Source: a virus
IMG/VR virus record: IMGVR_UViG_3300045988_007281
Length of the DNA: 42,841 nt
Direction: 5' to 3' (one strand)
The translations under genes were made by a program, and so were the position numbers. Under the pieces are notes generated by a model. That model was not told where the DNA came from. It searched no databases and saw only the letters and a list, made by a program, of their open reading frames with translations. This document shows, piece after piece, positions 13,497 to 21,968 of this stretch. Positions within the stretch are counted from its first letter, which is position 1; each line of letters begins with the position of its first letter.

Positions 13497-14456
13497 ATGG
13501 CAATCAAGAAACCCGCTGAACTGGATTTCAGCAACAAGAAGTTTATGTGCATCATTTCCGGGCAGCCCGGATTGGGCAAGACGACGCTGGCCCTTTCGGC
13601 CCCGAAGCCGTTTTTGTTTGATACGGACAACGGAATCGCCCGCGTTCGCCCGGAGCAGCGCGGCGTGACCTCCGTAGTGGAATCCTACGAGGAAATGCTC
13701 GGCGATATGGATTCCGACGAATACAAGGCGGCTGAGTCCGTCGTGATCGATACCGGCGGTATGCTGGTACAGCTGATGAAGGACTGGGCAAAAAAGCAGG
13801 ACAGCAAGGCCGTGAAGGATGGGCGCGCTATGTACGGCGTGATCAAGGCCGAGTTCGACCGGCTGTGTTACCAGATCCGCACAAAAGACAGGAAGCACCT
13901 GATCGTGGTGTTCCACACGACGGAACAGCAGAAGGGCGACACCATCCAGACGCGCCTTTCCTGCGAGGGCGGCGCGAAGGATATTGTTTGGACGCCTGCC
14001 GATTTTGGTGGCTATATGTTCATGATGGGCAACAAGCGCATGATCGGCTTTACACCGACAGACGAATACTTTGCAAAAGGCTGCTTCGGTGTGCGCGGCG
14101 TGATGCAGCTGCCGGAACTCAAGCCCGGCCAGAAGTCCACGTTCCTAACAGATCTGTTCCGTAAGGCGCAGGAGGATATCAATGCGCAGGCCGCAATCTA
14201 CAGCGGTGAGAAAACCGCATATGACGTGGCGATGCAGGAAGGCCGCGCGTTCATTGCGCTTGTCGGAGATCCCGACACGGCGTTAAAGGCGCGGGAAGGG
14301 CTGGCAAAGATCCATCACGCTCTGACTAGCGCCGCCGAGCTTGGCGCAGAGTTCAAGCACAAGTGCAAGGAACTCGGTCTGAAATACGATAAGGAGATAA
14401 AAGCCTATGTATTGGCTGACACAAAGCCTGCTGAGCAGCTGGAAGCACTTTCTTGA
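13497..14456 (+). CDS. Sak4-like / AAA_24-type RecA-fold ATPase (recombination)
   Basis: Walker A GQPGLGKT, Walker B-like VVIDTGG. Typical position upstream of the nuclease and SSB. Confidence 0.75.
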   Translation: MAIKKPAELDFSNKKFMCIISGQPGLGKTTLALSAPKPFLFDTDNGIARVRPEQRGVTSVVESYEEMLGDMDSDEYKAAESVVIDTGGMLVQLMKDWAKKQDSKAVKDGRAMYGVIKAEFDRLCYQIRTKDRKHLIVVFHTTEQQKGDTIQTRLSCEGGAKDIVWTPADFGGYMFMMGNKRMIGFTPTDEYFAKGCFGVRGVMQLPELKPGQKSTFLTDLFRKAQEDINAQAAIYSGEKTAYDVAMQEGRAFIALVGDPDTALKAREGLAKIHHALTSAAELGAEFKHKCKELGLKYDKEIKAYVLADTKPAEQLEALS

Positions 14457-15036
14457 TGCGGATGATGCGTATGCAGACACGGCGCTGTCCGCCTTCCTCT
14501 CCACGCTTCGGCGTGAAGAGAAGGAAACAACGCAGGCGATGCAGGCTGGCATTGACTTCGAGGCGGCAATCAACAGCACGGTTGCGGGCGTACCGATTGA
14601 GCCTGTCAGCGAGAAATACGACCGGGCTGTAGCAAAGTTTTCCCGTATCTGTACAGGAGGTCAACCGCAAGTGCCGGTTGCCGGGCGGCTTCGTGTGGCG
14701 GGCTTGGATTTCCAGCTTTACGGTGTCTGCGACTATGTAAAGGCCGGAATCATCTACGATATCAAGCGCGTGCAGCGGTACGAATACGGCAAGTATCTGC
14801 ACAGTCCGCAGCACCCGATGTATCTGCATCTGCTACCCGGCGCGTCGAAATTTACATATCTGATCTTCGACGGAACAAGCACCTACACGGAAGCATACCG
14901 ACGCGGCGATTTCGAGCCTATCGAAGATACGATCTCCCACTTTATCAACTGGCTTTTGGCAAATGGATATATCAACGATTATTTTACACATTGGGAAATG
15001 AACACTGAAAGGATGGACAAAGTAGATGGGATTTAA
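14407..15036 (+). CDS. PD-(D/E)XK-family nuclease
   Basis: GVCDYVKAGIIYDIKR (D..D-x-K motif). AAGGAG upstream. Confidence 0.6.
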   Translation: MYWLTQSLLSSWKHFLDADDAYADTALSAFLSTLRREEKETTQAMQAGIDFEAAINSTVAGVPIEPVSEKYDRAVAKFSRICTGGQPQVPVAGRLRVAGLDFQLYGVCDYVKAGIIYDIKRVQRYEYGKYLHSPQHPMYLHLLPGASKFTYLIFDGTSTYTEAYRRGDFEPIEDTISHFINWLLANGYINDYFTHWEMNTERMDKVDGI

Positions 15037-15481
15037 GGCAGTAAAGAATGATGGCGGTCTGATGAAGGCTGGCGACTATGAGTGCTATTTGAAATCGTGC
15101 GGCTACAGCGTAACGAAGAACGGAAATGAGTGCATCAAGTTCGATTTCGTTGTCCGTGAGGACGTCGAGCAGGAATACCAGAAGAAGCACATCTTCAAGA
15201 ACTTCTGGCCCGACCGCGATACCGGAGAGTATGACGCAGACAAGATCGGCAAATATGCAAACGCGCTTGGCATTGAGCCGGGCACAGATTTTGAACTTGA
15301 CGATCTGGTAGGCCGCAACTGCATTTTGCACATGGAGCCGTTTGAGGGAAATGACGGTGTGACACGCGACTGTATCCGGTATCTCAAGCCCAGCAAGGCA
15401 GAACCCTTTGTAACGCCTGCACCGGCTAGCACAGAGGAATTCAAACAGCTTGACGAAAGCGACGACGAGCTTCCGTTCTGA
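15026..15481 (+). CDS. DUF669-like phage single-strand DNA-binding protein
   Basis: N-terminal AGDYECYL..NGNECIKFDF pattern and an acidic C-terminal tip, DESDDELPF. Confidence 0.65.
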   Translation: MGFKAVKNDGGLMKAGDYECYLKSCGYSVTKNGNECIKFDFVVREDVEQEYQKKHIFKNFWPDRDTGEYDADKIGKYANALGIEPGTDFELDDLVGRNCILHMEPFEGNDGVTRDCIRYLKPSKAEPFVTPAPASTEEFKQLDESDDELPF

Positions 15482-15491
15482 GGGCTGACGG

Positions 15492-16331
15492 ATGGGAGAT
15501 AAAAAAGAATACGTCAAGCTGTGGCTGAGTTACAGGAGCTATTTCGAGGCGTACAGTGCTGCTGAGGTGGGGCGCTTGGTGCTGGCTGCGATGGATTATC
15601 GCGAGTCGGGAGCAGAACCAGAGTTCAGCGGGAATGAACGTTTCATTTGGCCTGCGATTCGACGGGACATTGACGAATCCGTAGCGGCGCAAAAAGCCGT
15701 CTCCGCATCCAGAAGTGAGGCAGGAAAGCAGGGCGGTCGGCCTGAATCCGAAAAAGCAAATGCTTTTGACGAAAGCAACGAAAAGCAAAAAAAGCAAATG
15801 CTTTCCGAGGAAAACAAAAAAAGCTATGGACAAAGGAAAAGGACAAAGGAAAAGGACATGGACAGTATTCTTTCCCCCCTTCCCCCCACACTGCGCGAAT
15901 CCGTTGAGAAATGGGTGGCATACAAGGGAGAACGGCGGGAGGAGTATAAGCCTGTCGGCCTGCAAAGCCTTGTTACGCAGATCACGAAAGCCGCAGAGGA
16001 ATATGGCGAGGCTGCAATGGTCGACGTGATAACCCGCTCTATGGCCGCAAATTACAAGGGGATCGTGTTTGACTGGCTGAAAGAGGCCAGCACACGCCCT
16101 GCGGCGCTCGGCCGCGCTGCAAAGCCCGGCTACGGCGCGCAGGGACACCATGACGAGCTGAACCCGCTGGAACGTGCAGCTGTGGACAGGGTGATGGGGC
16201 CGGTGTCAAAGGGCGCTGCCCGATTGCAGCAAGGCGTGCAGCGCCACGGGGACGAACTTGATGCGATCCAGCTGGAGGCGGTCGAGCGAATGCTTGCGGA
16301 AAACAAGGAGGACAAGGAGGACAAGACATGA
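15492..16331 (+). CDS. replisome-organiser-like protein (N- and C-terminal domains joined by a K/E-rich linker)
   Basis: N-terminal KLWLSYRSYFEAYSAAEVGRLVLAAMDY. C-terminal KWVAYKGERREEYKPVGLQSL..ANYKGIVFDWL. Linker DNA carries iterons. Confidence 0.55.
   Translation: MGDKKEYVKLWLSYRSYFEAYSAAEVGRLVLAAMDYRESGAEPEFSGNERFIWPAIRRDIDESVAAQKAVSASRSEAGKQGGRPESEKANAFDESNEKQKKQMLSEENKKSYGQRKRTKEKDMDSILSPLPPTLRESVEKWVAYKGERREEYKPVGLQSLVTQITKAAEEYGEAAMVDVITRSMAANYKGIVFDWLKEASTRPAALGRAAKPGYGAQGHHDELNPLERAAVDRVMGPVSKGAARLQQGVQRHGDELDAIQLEAVERMLAENKEDKEDKT
15752..15804. repeat. two copies of AAAAGCAAATGCTTT (near-palindromic), 38 nt apart
   Basis: 15752-15766 and 15790-15804, inside an A-rich stretch of the organiser gene. 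Confidence 0.7.
15828..15861. repeat. tandem 13-bp iteron GGACAAAGGAAAA x2 plus a partial third
   Basis: 15828-15840, 15841-15853, then GGACATGG. Confidence 0.7.
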
Positions 16332-16501
16332 GATTTGTTTGCGATTGCTGCAACGATCTGACGAACATCGAGGCTGACCGTATGGAGATTCAAGGCGACA
16401 AGCTGATGGTGTACAGCCGCGGGCGGCTGGTGTATGTGGCGGATCTCGGCCAGATCATGCTGGCGAAGCTGACGCCGACGGGAAAGGAAACAAAATGCTG
16501 A
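16328..16501 (+). CDS. small protein (57 aa)
   Basis: ATGA overlap with the upstream gene and overlap with the dcm start. MRFVCDCCNDL.. Confidence 0.45.
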   Translation: MRFVCDCCNDLTNIEADRMEIQGDKLMVYSRGRLVYVADLGQIMLAKLTPTGKETKC

Positions 16502-17364
16502 CGCATCTGAGCCTGTTTTCCGGGATCGGCGGGCTTGATCTGGCTGCCGAGTGGGCCGGATTTACGACCGTCGGGCAGTGTGAGTTTGCCGACTACCCGA
16601 CGAAGGTGCTGGAAAAGCACTGGCCGGACGTGCCGCGCTGGCGTGACGTCCGGACGTTGACAAAGGAGAGTTTTTATGAGCGGACAGGCCTACGAACAGT
16701 TGACGTTATTTCCGGCGGATTCCCCTGCCAGCCCTTCTCCGTGGCTGGAAAGCAAAAGGGCAAAGGGGATGATCGATACCTCTGGCCGGAGATGCTCCGA
16801 GTTATCACCGAGCTGCGCCCGCGTTGCGTTGTCGGTGAGAACGTACCTGGAATCATCAAGATTGCCGCCGGGCAGGTGGTCAAGGATTTGGAGCGTGCTG
16901 GCTATCACGTCGTCGTGTTTAATTTTGAGGCTGCGGCTGTCGGAGCTTGGCACAGACGGTCCAGGGTATTCTTCGTCGGAATCGCAGATGTGGCCGACAC
17001 CGACGACAGTAGGCTGCACGATAGCATCAGAAAAGAGAATCAATTTGATTGCGGACGGGAAAACGACATTTGCAAGCAATCAGGGGGAGCGTGGAGGCTT
17101 ATCCAATCTGCGGGAGCACGTGCTTGCGCGGACGAAAGGCTTGTGGACAACGCCCTGCGCAGCGGATGCGCAGGGATCGCACGGCGGAAACAATCACAGG
17201 AGCTTGCGGACGGACGTTGCTGGACAGCTGAACCCGATGTGGGTCGAGTGGCTCATGGGATTCCCGCTAGGGTGGACAGACTTAAATGCCTCGGAAACGC
17301 TGTAGTGCCGCAGCAGGCATACCCGATTTTCCGGGCGCTGGCGGAGGAGCTAAACAGATCATGA
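16495..17364 (+). CDS. dcm: DNA (cytosine-5) methyltransferase
   Basis: Motifs FSGIGG (I), GGFPCQPFS (IV), GENVPG (VI), HRRSRVFFVG (VIII), LGNAVVPQQ (X). The stretch between VIII and X is low-complexity in this frame. Confidence 0.8.
   Translation: MLTHLSLFSGIGGLDLAAEWAGFTTVGQCEFADYPTKVLEKHWPDVPRWRDVRTLTKESFYERTGLRTVDVISGGFPCQPFSVAGKQKGKGDDRYLWPEMLRVITELRPRCVVGENVPGIIKIAAGQVVKDLERAGYHVVVFNFEAAAVGAWHRRSRVFFVGIADVADTDDSRLHDSIRKENQFDCGRENDICKQSGGAWRLIQSAGARACADERLVDNALRSGCAGIARRKQSQELADGRCWTAEPDVGRVAHGIPARVDRLKCLGNAVVPQQAYPIFRALAEELNRS
16676..17305 (+). other. 209-codon ORF in the +1 frame entirely inside dcm, carrying MTase-TRD-like motifs
   Basis: Own AAGGAG SD 7 nt upstream of ATG 16676. 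Its C-terminal half reads MWPTPTT..LWTTPCAADAQG..QLNPMWVEWLMGFPLGWTDL. Confidence 0.3.
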
Positions 17365-17585
17365 GGCAGGAAGAAAAGCGCATCACGATCAAATTCCGCC
17401 CGGATCAGCTGGCGGACGTGATTGAGGCGGTGAACGCTTACGCGGACGATCTCAAGAATGATCGGGCGCTCCTGTGCGAAATGCCGCGCATCGACCACGA
17501 AACAACGGACGCGCTGCTGGCGCAGGAGACGCGGCTGCAAAAGCTGGCGTACTGGCTCCTGTGCGTGCAGGACGAAGCGCTATGA
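17361..17585 (+). CDS. hypothetical protein (74 aa)
   Basis: ATGA overlap with the dcm stop. Confidence 0.55.
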   Translation: MRQEEKRITIKFRPDQLADVIEAVNAYADDLKNDRALLCEMPRIDHETTDALLAQETRLQKLAYWLLCVQDEAL

Positions 17586-17782
17586 CGGCGCAGATCTACG
17601 CGCCGCGTATGCGGCAGATCCCGCCGCCGTGCGCGAAGGACTGCCCCGGCCGGGAACCCGGATGCAGTGCACGCTGCTGCAGCTGGGCGCTCTATGAGAG
17701 CATCCGGAACCACATCTATGATGTCAACCACCGGGACAAGATCAGTCTGGAGCCGGACATCTGGCCGGGGGCGATGGTATGA
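17582..17782 (+). CDS. small Cys-rich protein (66 aa)
   Basis: ATGA overlap. CAKDCPGREPGCSARCCSW. Confidence 0.5.
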   Translation: MTAQIYAPRMRQIPPPCAKDCPGREPGCSARCCSWALYESIRNHIYDVNHRDKISLEPDIWPGAMV

Positions 17783-18138
17783 GCGACAAAACGAGAAATC
17801 TGCGATACAAGCGTCCGGCACTATCGTTTGATGATCTGCTCGGTGTTCCGACTGCTGGCGAGATAGTTGAGAGCCATGGGCGCAGGCTGAGTTTCGATGA
17901 GGCTGCTGCAAGGATCGGTGAGATCGTTATTCTGAATATCAGCACGGAAAACCATGAGTGGTTCCGGGCTGTGCGGGTGCTGAAAGCGGTGGTAACGCCG
18001 GACGGCGAGCGTCGACTCATCTGTGAGCGGGGGAAGGGCCTATGCTACCTCAGGGATGGGGCCTTCCTGCTGAAAAACAAATACAGGGGAAGCGGAGGAT
18101 GCTTGCCCGAATTTAGTTTGGAGGTTTATAGCGTATGA
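17779..18138 (+). CDS. hypothetical protein (119 aa)
   Basis: ATGA overlap. Full-length ORF in the track. Confidence 0.55.
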   Translation: MSDKTRNLRYKRPALSFDDLLGVPTAGEIVESHGRRLSFDEAAARIGEIVILNISTENHEWFRAVRVLKAVVTPDGERRLICERGKGLCYLRDGAFLLKNKYRGSGGCLPEFSLEVYSV

Positions 18139-18623
18139 CCAAGGAGATTGTGCAGGCGCTGCGGTGCACGTCTACACCGGGCAGCCTGCACGAAGACTGC
18201 ACGGGCTGCCCGTATTACCGGAAAGAGCAGCTGGACGCGGAACTGAAAGAAAAACTGGGAGTGGACACATGGCCAAGCTGCGATATTGACAAGGTTGGCA
18301 CGGACGCAGCCAACCTCATCGAGCGCCTGACCGCCGAGAACGCAGACCTGGGCAAGGAAATCGAGTGGAAGGACATGGTCATTGCCCTCGCCCAGCGAGA
18401 GCAAGCAAAGGCAGAAGCCGAGAGGGACGCGCTGCTCGAGATTGCTAAAAATGGAAAAGATTGCGATACGTGCAAAAATTGTGCGGTATGCATCAAGCCC
18501 GGGACAGACGTTGCGCACTGGTGCGATAGATGTGAGGAAAAATGCCGTTGTTACGGGTGCGGAGGCGACCACTGGGAATGGCGCGGATTGCCGGAAGAGC
18601 CGGAGGGAGGAGAAAAGGCATGA
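18135..18623 (+). CDS. Cys-rich coiled-coil protein (162 aa)
   Basis: GGAGG upstream. CTGCPYY.. and CDTCKNCAVC..CDRCEEKCRCYGCGG. Confidence 0.55.
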   Translation: MTKEIVQALRCTSTPGSLHEDCTGCPYYRKEQLDAELKEKLGVDTWPSCDIDKVGTDAANLIERLTAENADLGKEIEWKDMVIALAQREQAKAEAERDALLEIAKNGKDCDTCKNCAVCIKPGTDVAHWCDRCEEKCRCYGCGGDHWEWRGLPEEPEGGEKA

Positions 18624-18880
18624 GCAAAATCAAAAAGGTAGGATTTGGGTATACGGTGCCGAAAGAACGGTACCAGGAAGCCGCGGAGAATATCCAAAAG
18701 CTTGGCGCTATGTACGCAGAGTACCTGCAGAAGAAAAATTTCGATGGGCTTGGAGAGCAAGATGCGCAAGAGCTCATGGCCGACATCCTGCTTGCCTGCA
18801 CTGCGCTGCTCTATGTCGCAGAATTTGCGGCAGATAAATGCCATATGGTGCCGCTGCCGGGAAAGGATGGAAAAGCATGA
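18620..18880 (+). CDS. hypothetical protein (86 aa)
   Basis: ATGA overlap. Internal ATG of the 18542 ORF. Confidence 0.5.
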   Translation: MSKIKKVGFGYTVPKERYQEAAENIQKLGAMYAEYLQKKNFDGLGEQDAQELMADILLACTALLYVAEFAADKCHMVPLPGKDGKA

Positions 18881-19164
18881 AGATTTACATCGCCGGTAAA
18901 ATCACCGGAGACCCGAATTACAAGATGAAATTCCGCATGACGGCGAAGCACATACAGGAGCTGTATCCTCTCGCGGTGATCTTGAATCCGGCGGAACTGC
19001 CGGAGGGTCTGACACCGAAGGACTATATGCGGCTGTGCTTCGGGATGATCGACGCGGCGGATATCCTGTTCGCGCTGCCGGATGCGAAGGAAAGCAAGGG
19101 CGCAAAGTTGGAAATTGCGTATTGCAGATATGTTGGGAAAGGGGTTTTGAAATGGAACGATTGA
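18877..19164 (+). CDS. DUF4406 / nucleoside 2-deoxyribosyltransferase-like protein
   Basis: MKIYIAGKITGDPNY..DADILFALPDAKESKGAKLEIAY pattern. ATGA overlap. Confidence 0.55.
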   Translation: MKIYIAGKITGDPNYKMKFRMTAKHIQELYPLAVILNPAELPEGLTPKDYMRLCFGMIDAADILFALPDAKESKGAKLEIAYCRYVGKGVLKWND

Positions 19165-19688
19165 CTGAATGGAATGGCGAACAAACCCGTCATGCCTATT
19201 ACCCGCGCTGCTTTAAAGAACCGTGCTACGGCAGCGGGTGCAAAATCAAGGATTGCCCGTTTGAAATAGCGGTATGTGAGCGACTCGCAGCCTACGAGGA
19301 TACGGGGCTGACGCCAAAAGAGGTAACTGCGCTAGGAGAACTGTTCGATTACGCGCTGAAAGAATCAAAAACGCTGACTGAGCAGCTTACATTGCTCCAT
19401 CACATCCGCGAGCTTGCCGAGGCCGACAAGGACGGGCGCGTGGTCGTGCTGCCGTGCAAGGTGGGAGATACGGTGTGGTTTAAGACATACAAAAATAACG
19501 CGCGAGATTGCATTGGCGTGCAACCACATGAGGTTACAAGAATATCAGCAAGCATCATTGTTCCGGGGGAAATTGTGGATATCGGTATCCCTGTGGACCA
19601 GATCGGTGTGAGAGTATTTTTGAGCGAGACCGAAGCGGTTGCGGCTGACGCGAAACCTCCGGCTGGAAATTCCATTTTGGAAGTTTAG
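19152..19688 (+). CDS. hypothetical protein (178 aa)
   Basis: AAAGGGG 8 nt upstream of internal ATG. RLAAYEDTGLTPKEV motif, common in Firmicutes phage early genes. Confidence 0.55.
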   Translation: MERLTEWNGEQTRHAYYPRCFKEPCYGSGCKIKDCPFEIAVCERLAAYEDTGLTPKEVTALGELFDYALKESKTLTEQLTLLHHIRELAEADKDGRVVVLPCKVGDTVWFKTYKNNARDCIGVQPHEVTRISASIIVPGEIVDIGIPVDQIGVRVFLSETEAVAADAKPPAGNSILEV

Positions 19689-19701
19689 GAGGCGAAGCAG
19701 G

Positions 19702-19989
19702 ATGGAACGGATGACAAGCCGAGATGAGGATTGCGTGCTGGGCAGGAAATGGAGGGCAAGAAGGATGATTAAAAACAGAGTGTGTTTTACCGTCCGAGGA
19801 GAGTTCGGAGCGCAGATGAGCTTCGAATCAGAAAACACGATCCCGTATGAAGATCTGTGCAAGTGTATCAATAAAGATACGCTGATAGAGCTGATGTGCC
19901 TTGACGTAGTCGGCTATACCGGCGACGATATTCAGTTCATCACGCCAGAAGAGTACGACGAGCGCTTTGGAGATGACGAAGATGCCTGA
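19702..19989 (+). CDS. hypothetical protein (95 aa)
   Basis: AGGAGG about 10 nt upstream of ATG 19702. Confidence 0.5.
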   Translation: MERMTSRDEDCVLGRKWRARRMIKNRVCFTVRGEFGAQMSFESENTIPYEDLCKCINKDTLIELMCLDVVGYTGDDIQFITPEEYDERFGDDEDA

Positions 19990-20368
19990 GGAATACATCA
20001 GCCGCGAGACGGCACTGGAAGATTTTGAAGCCTGCAACGCAGGAAATCCAAGATGGACGCCGCAGCGGGTAAAAACGCTCCTGCTGCGTCAGCCCGCCGC
20101 CGACGTTGCGCCGGTGGTGCGGTGCAGGGACTGCAAGCATCGGACGGAATATGGAAACTGCGGGCATCCACGGCAAAAAGGTGTTTTGCCATCGGCATAT
20201 CCATACGATTTTTGCAGCTACGGAGACCGGCGGGTTGACCATCTTGCATTGGAAGCGGAAACCACGCAGATCATTGACGGATGCTGCACCGCCTGCGGTG
20301 CATTTATGGACTGCTGCGAAGCGGCAGAATATAAGTTTTGCCCGTATTGCGCGAAACGGATAGTATGA
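19982..20368 (+). CDS. Cys-rich hypothetical protein (128 aa)
   Basis: Overlaps the upstream stop. CRDCKH..CGH and CCTACGAFMDCCE..CPYC. Confidence 0.5.
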   Translation: MPEEYISRETALEDFEACNAGNPRWTPQRVKTLLLRQPAADVAPVVRCRDCKHRTEYGNCGHPRQKGVLPSAYPYDFCSYGDRRVDHLALEAETTQIIDGCCTACGAFMDCCEAAEYKFCPYCAKRIV

Positions 20369-20412
20369 AAGGCTTGCGGTTTGCTCGTGGGAGCGCGAAA
20401 GGAGGAAAGCTG

Positions 20413-20601
20413 ATGCAGGATTGCTGCTTGACTTGCAAGAACCTGGAATACAGAAAGAACTACGTTTATCCGTACCGGTGCTTGAAACACAAGGCGGAAC
20501 GGTTCTCGGAGAAGGAATTGGAACGGAGGTTCTTTTCCGGAGAGGAATGCAAAGACTTTGAACAAAGGAGGTGGCCTGATGGGAACGATTCTGGCGATTG
20601 A
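20413..20601 (+). CDS. small Cys-containing protein (62 aa; alternative start at 20365)
   Basis: AAAGGAGG 7 nt upstream of ATG 20413. Confidence 0.45.
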   Translation: MQDCCLTCKNLEYRKNYVYPYRCLKHKAERFSEKELERRFFSGEECKDFEQRRWPDGNDSGD

Positions 20602-21082
20602 CCCCGGTAATATCAAATCTGGCTATGTGGTGGTTGAGCACGACGGCGAGGAAATTCGCCGCGTGCTGGAGGCCGGGAAAATCGAGAATCCGGCAGTGAC
20701 AGATATGCTGGATCGGAAGCTTTATGCGAACTGCATAGACGTCGCGATTGAGATGGTGCAGGGGATGGGGCAAACCGTAGGGCAGGAAGTGTTCGACACC
20801 TGTGTCTGGGTCGGGCGATTCTGGGAAATTGCATTGAGATCTGGCGGATATGAGCCGAAAAGGATATACAGGCGAGAAGAAAAGCTGTACCTGTGCGGCT
20901 GCCTGAGCGCGAAGGATAAGAATATCCGCCAAGCGCTGATTGACAGATACGGAGGTGTAGGGACGAAAAAAGAGCCGGGCTTCTTTTATGTGAACGGCAC
21001 GAAGTTTGCAAAGGATATGTGGGCGGCGATGGCGGTAGCAGTGACGTATTTCGATAAGTACATCAAGGGGGTAAAGCTATGA
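20579..21082 (+). CDS. RuvC-like Holliday-junction resolvase
   Basis: AAGGAGG 7 nt upstream. N-terminal ILAIDPGNIKSGYVVV (RNase H-fold first acidic motif). Confidence 0.65.
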   Translation: MGTILAIDPGNIKSGYVVVEHDGEEIRRVLEAGKIENPAVTDMLDRKLYANCIDVAIEMVQGMGQTVGQEVFDTCVWVGRFWEIALRSGGYEPKRIYRREEKLYLCGCLSAKDKNIRQALIDRYGGVGTKKEPGFFYVNGTKFAKDMWAAMAVAVTYFDKYIKGVKL

Positions 21083-21420
21083 GCAAGACGCAGCGCAAGC
21101 CGCCAAGACCGCCGATGCAGCTGACGTGCGATGCCTGCTGGAAAACGTTTATGCGGGCTCCGTCAAAGTACAAGGCAAAATACAACTTTTGCAGCGAGGC
21201 GTGCGCCTGGGCGGCACATGGGAAAGCTGTGATGGGCCGGGCGGAGCGCGTGCAGATCCTGATTACACGATCAATCCCGGTATACCCGGAAATGCGGCCC
21301 GTTCGCGGGCGGATATATCCTGCCGAGAAATACAAATACAGGACAAACCGGACGGGCTACGTCGTCGAGGTGGGCGGCAAACGCGTATGTGTGAGGGTGG
21401 ACGAATGCAGGGAAATCTAG
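21079..21420 (+). CDS. hypothetical Zn-binding-like protein (113 aa)
   Basis: ATGA overlap. CDACW..CSEAC. Confidence 0.5.
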   Translation: MSKTQRKPPRPPMQLTCDACWKTFMRAPSKYKAKYNFCSEACAWAAHGKAVMGRAERVQILITRSIPVYPEMRPVRGRIYPAEKYKYRTNRTGYVVEVGGKRVCVRVDECREI

Positions 21421-21635
21421 GGCTTACACCGGTGCAGGCTCCGTGCAAAGGCTGTGCGGACAGGCACACCGGCTGTCACACGGACTGCACCCGATACATA
21501 GCATTCCGCCGGGAGGCGGACAGATACAAGCAGGAGCAATCAAAGGACGCGGCGAGATATGCAACGACAAGGGGCTGTATGCGGACGCTGCACGATGCGA
21601 ACCGCGCAAAGCGGGAGGGGAGGCAACATTACTGA
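21405..21635 (+). CDS. small Cys/His-rich protein (76 aa)
   Basis: Internal ATG with GAGGGTGG upstream. CKGCADRHTGCHTDC. Confidence 0.45.
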   Translation: MQGNLGLTPVQAPCKGCADRHTGCHTDCTRYIAFRREADRYKQEQSKDAARYATTRGCMRTLHDANRAKREGRQHY

Positions 21636-21925
21636 TGAGCACGCCGCGATACGGCTGGTGGGCCTATGCAAAATGGATGATCCGCAGCTATAAGGGCGGC
21701 GGGCTGATGACGAAGGCCGAGCGTGCTGCCGTTGCGGATGCAATCGCGGAGACGGAACAGCTCGTTGACGGCGCGGAGCGACTCCGGCTCATAGATTTGG
21801 TTCTTTGGAAGCGGACGCACACCTTACAGGGCGCTGCGATGGCGGTTTATGTGTCCGAACGCACCGCGCAGGAGTGGCACAGGCAATTTATTCGCCTTGT
21901 GGGGCAAAAAAGAGGGCTTTTATGA
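21635..21925 (+). CDS. late-gene transcriptional activator candidate (RinA/ArpU-like, sigma-r4-like HTH)
   Basis: Last early gene, immediately upstream of the late box. ..LQGAAMAVYVSERTAQEWHRQFIRLVG. Confidence 0.5.
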   Translation: MSTPRYGWWAYAKWMIRSYKGGGLMTKAERAAVADAIAETEQLVDGAERLRLIDLVLWKRTHTLQGAAMAVYVSERTAQEWHRQFIRLVGQKRGLL

Positions 21926-21932
21926 AAAAGTC

Positions 21933-21967
21933 TGCGTCCCAGAGCCAAATTTAACATTTACTATAAG
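21933..21967 (+). promoter_or_regulatory. late box 1: TGCGTCCCAGAGCCA plus a -10-like TACTATAAG
   Basis: The 15-mer is identical to 31560-31574. TACTAT starts 11 nt after the box. Confidence 0.5.
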
Positions 21968-21968
21968 G

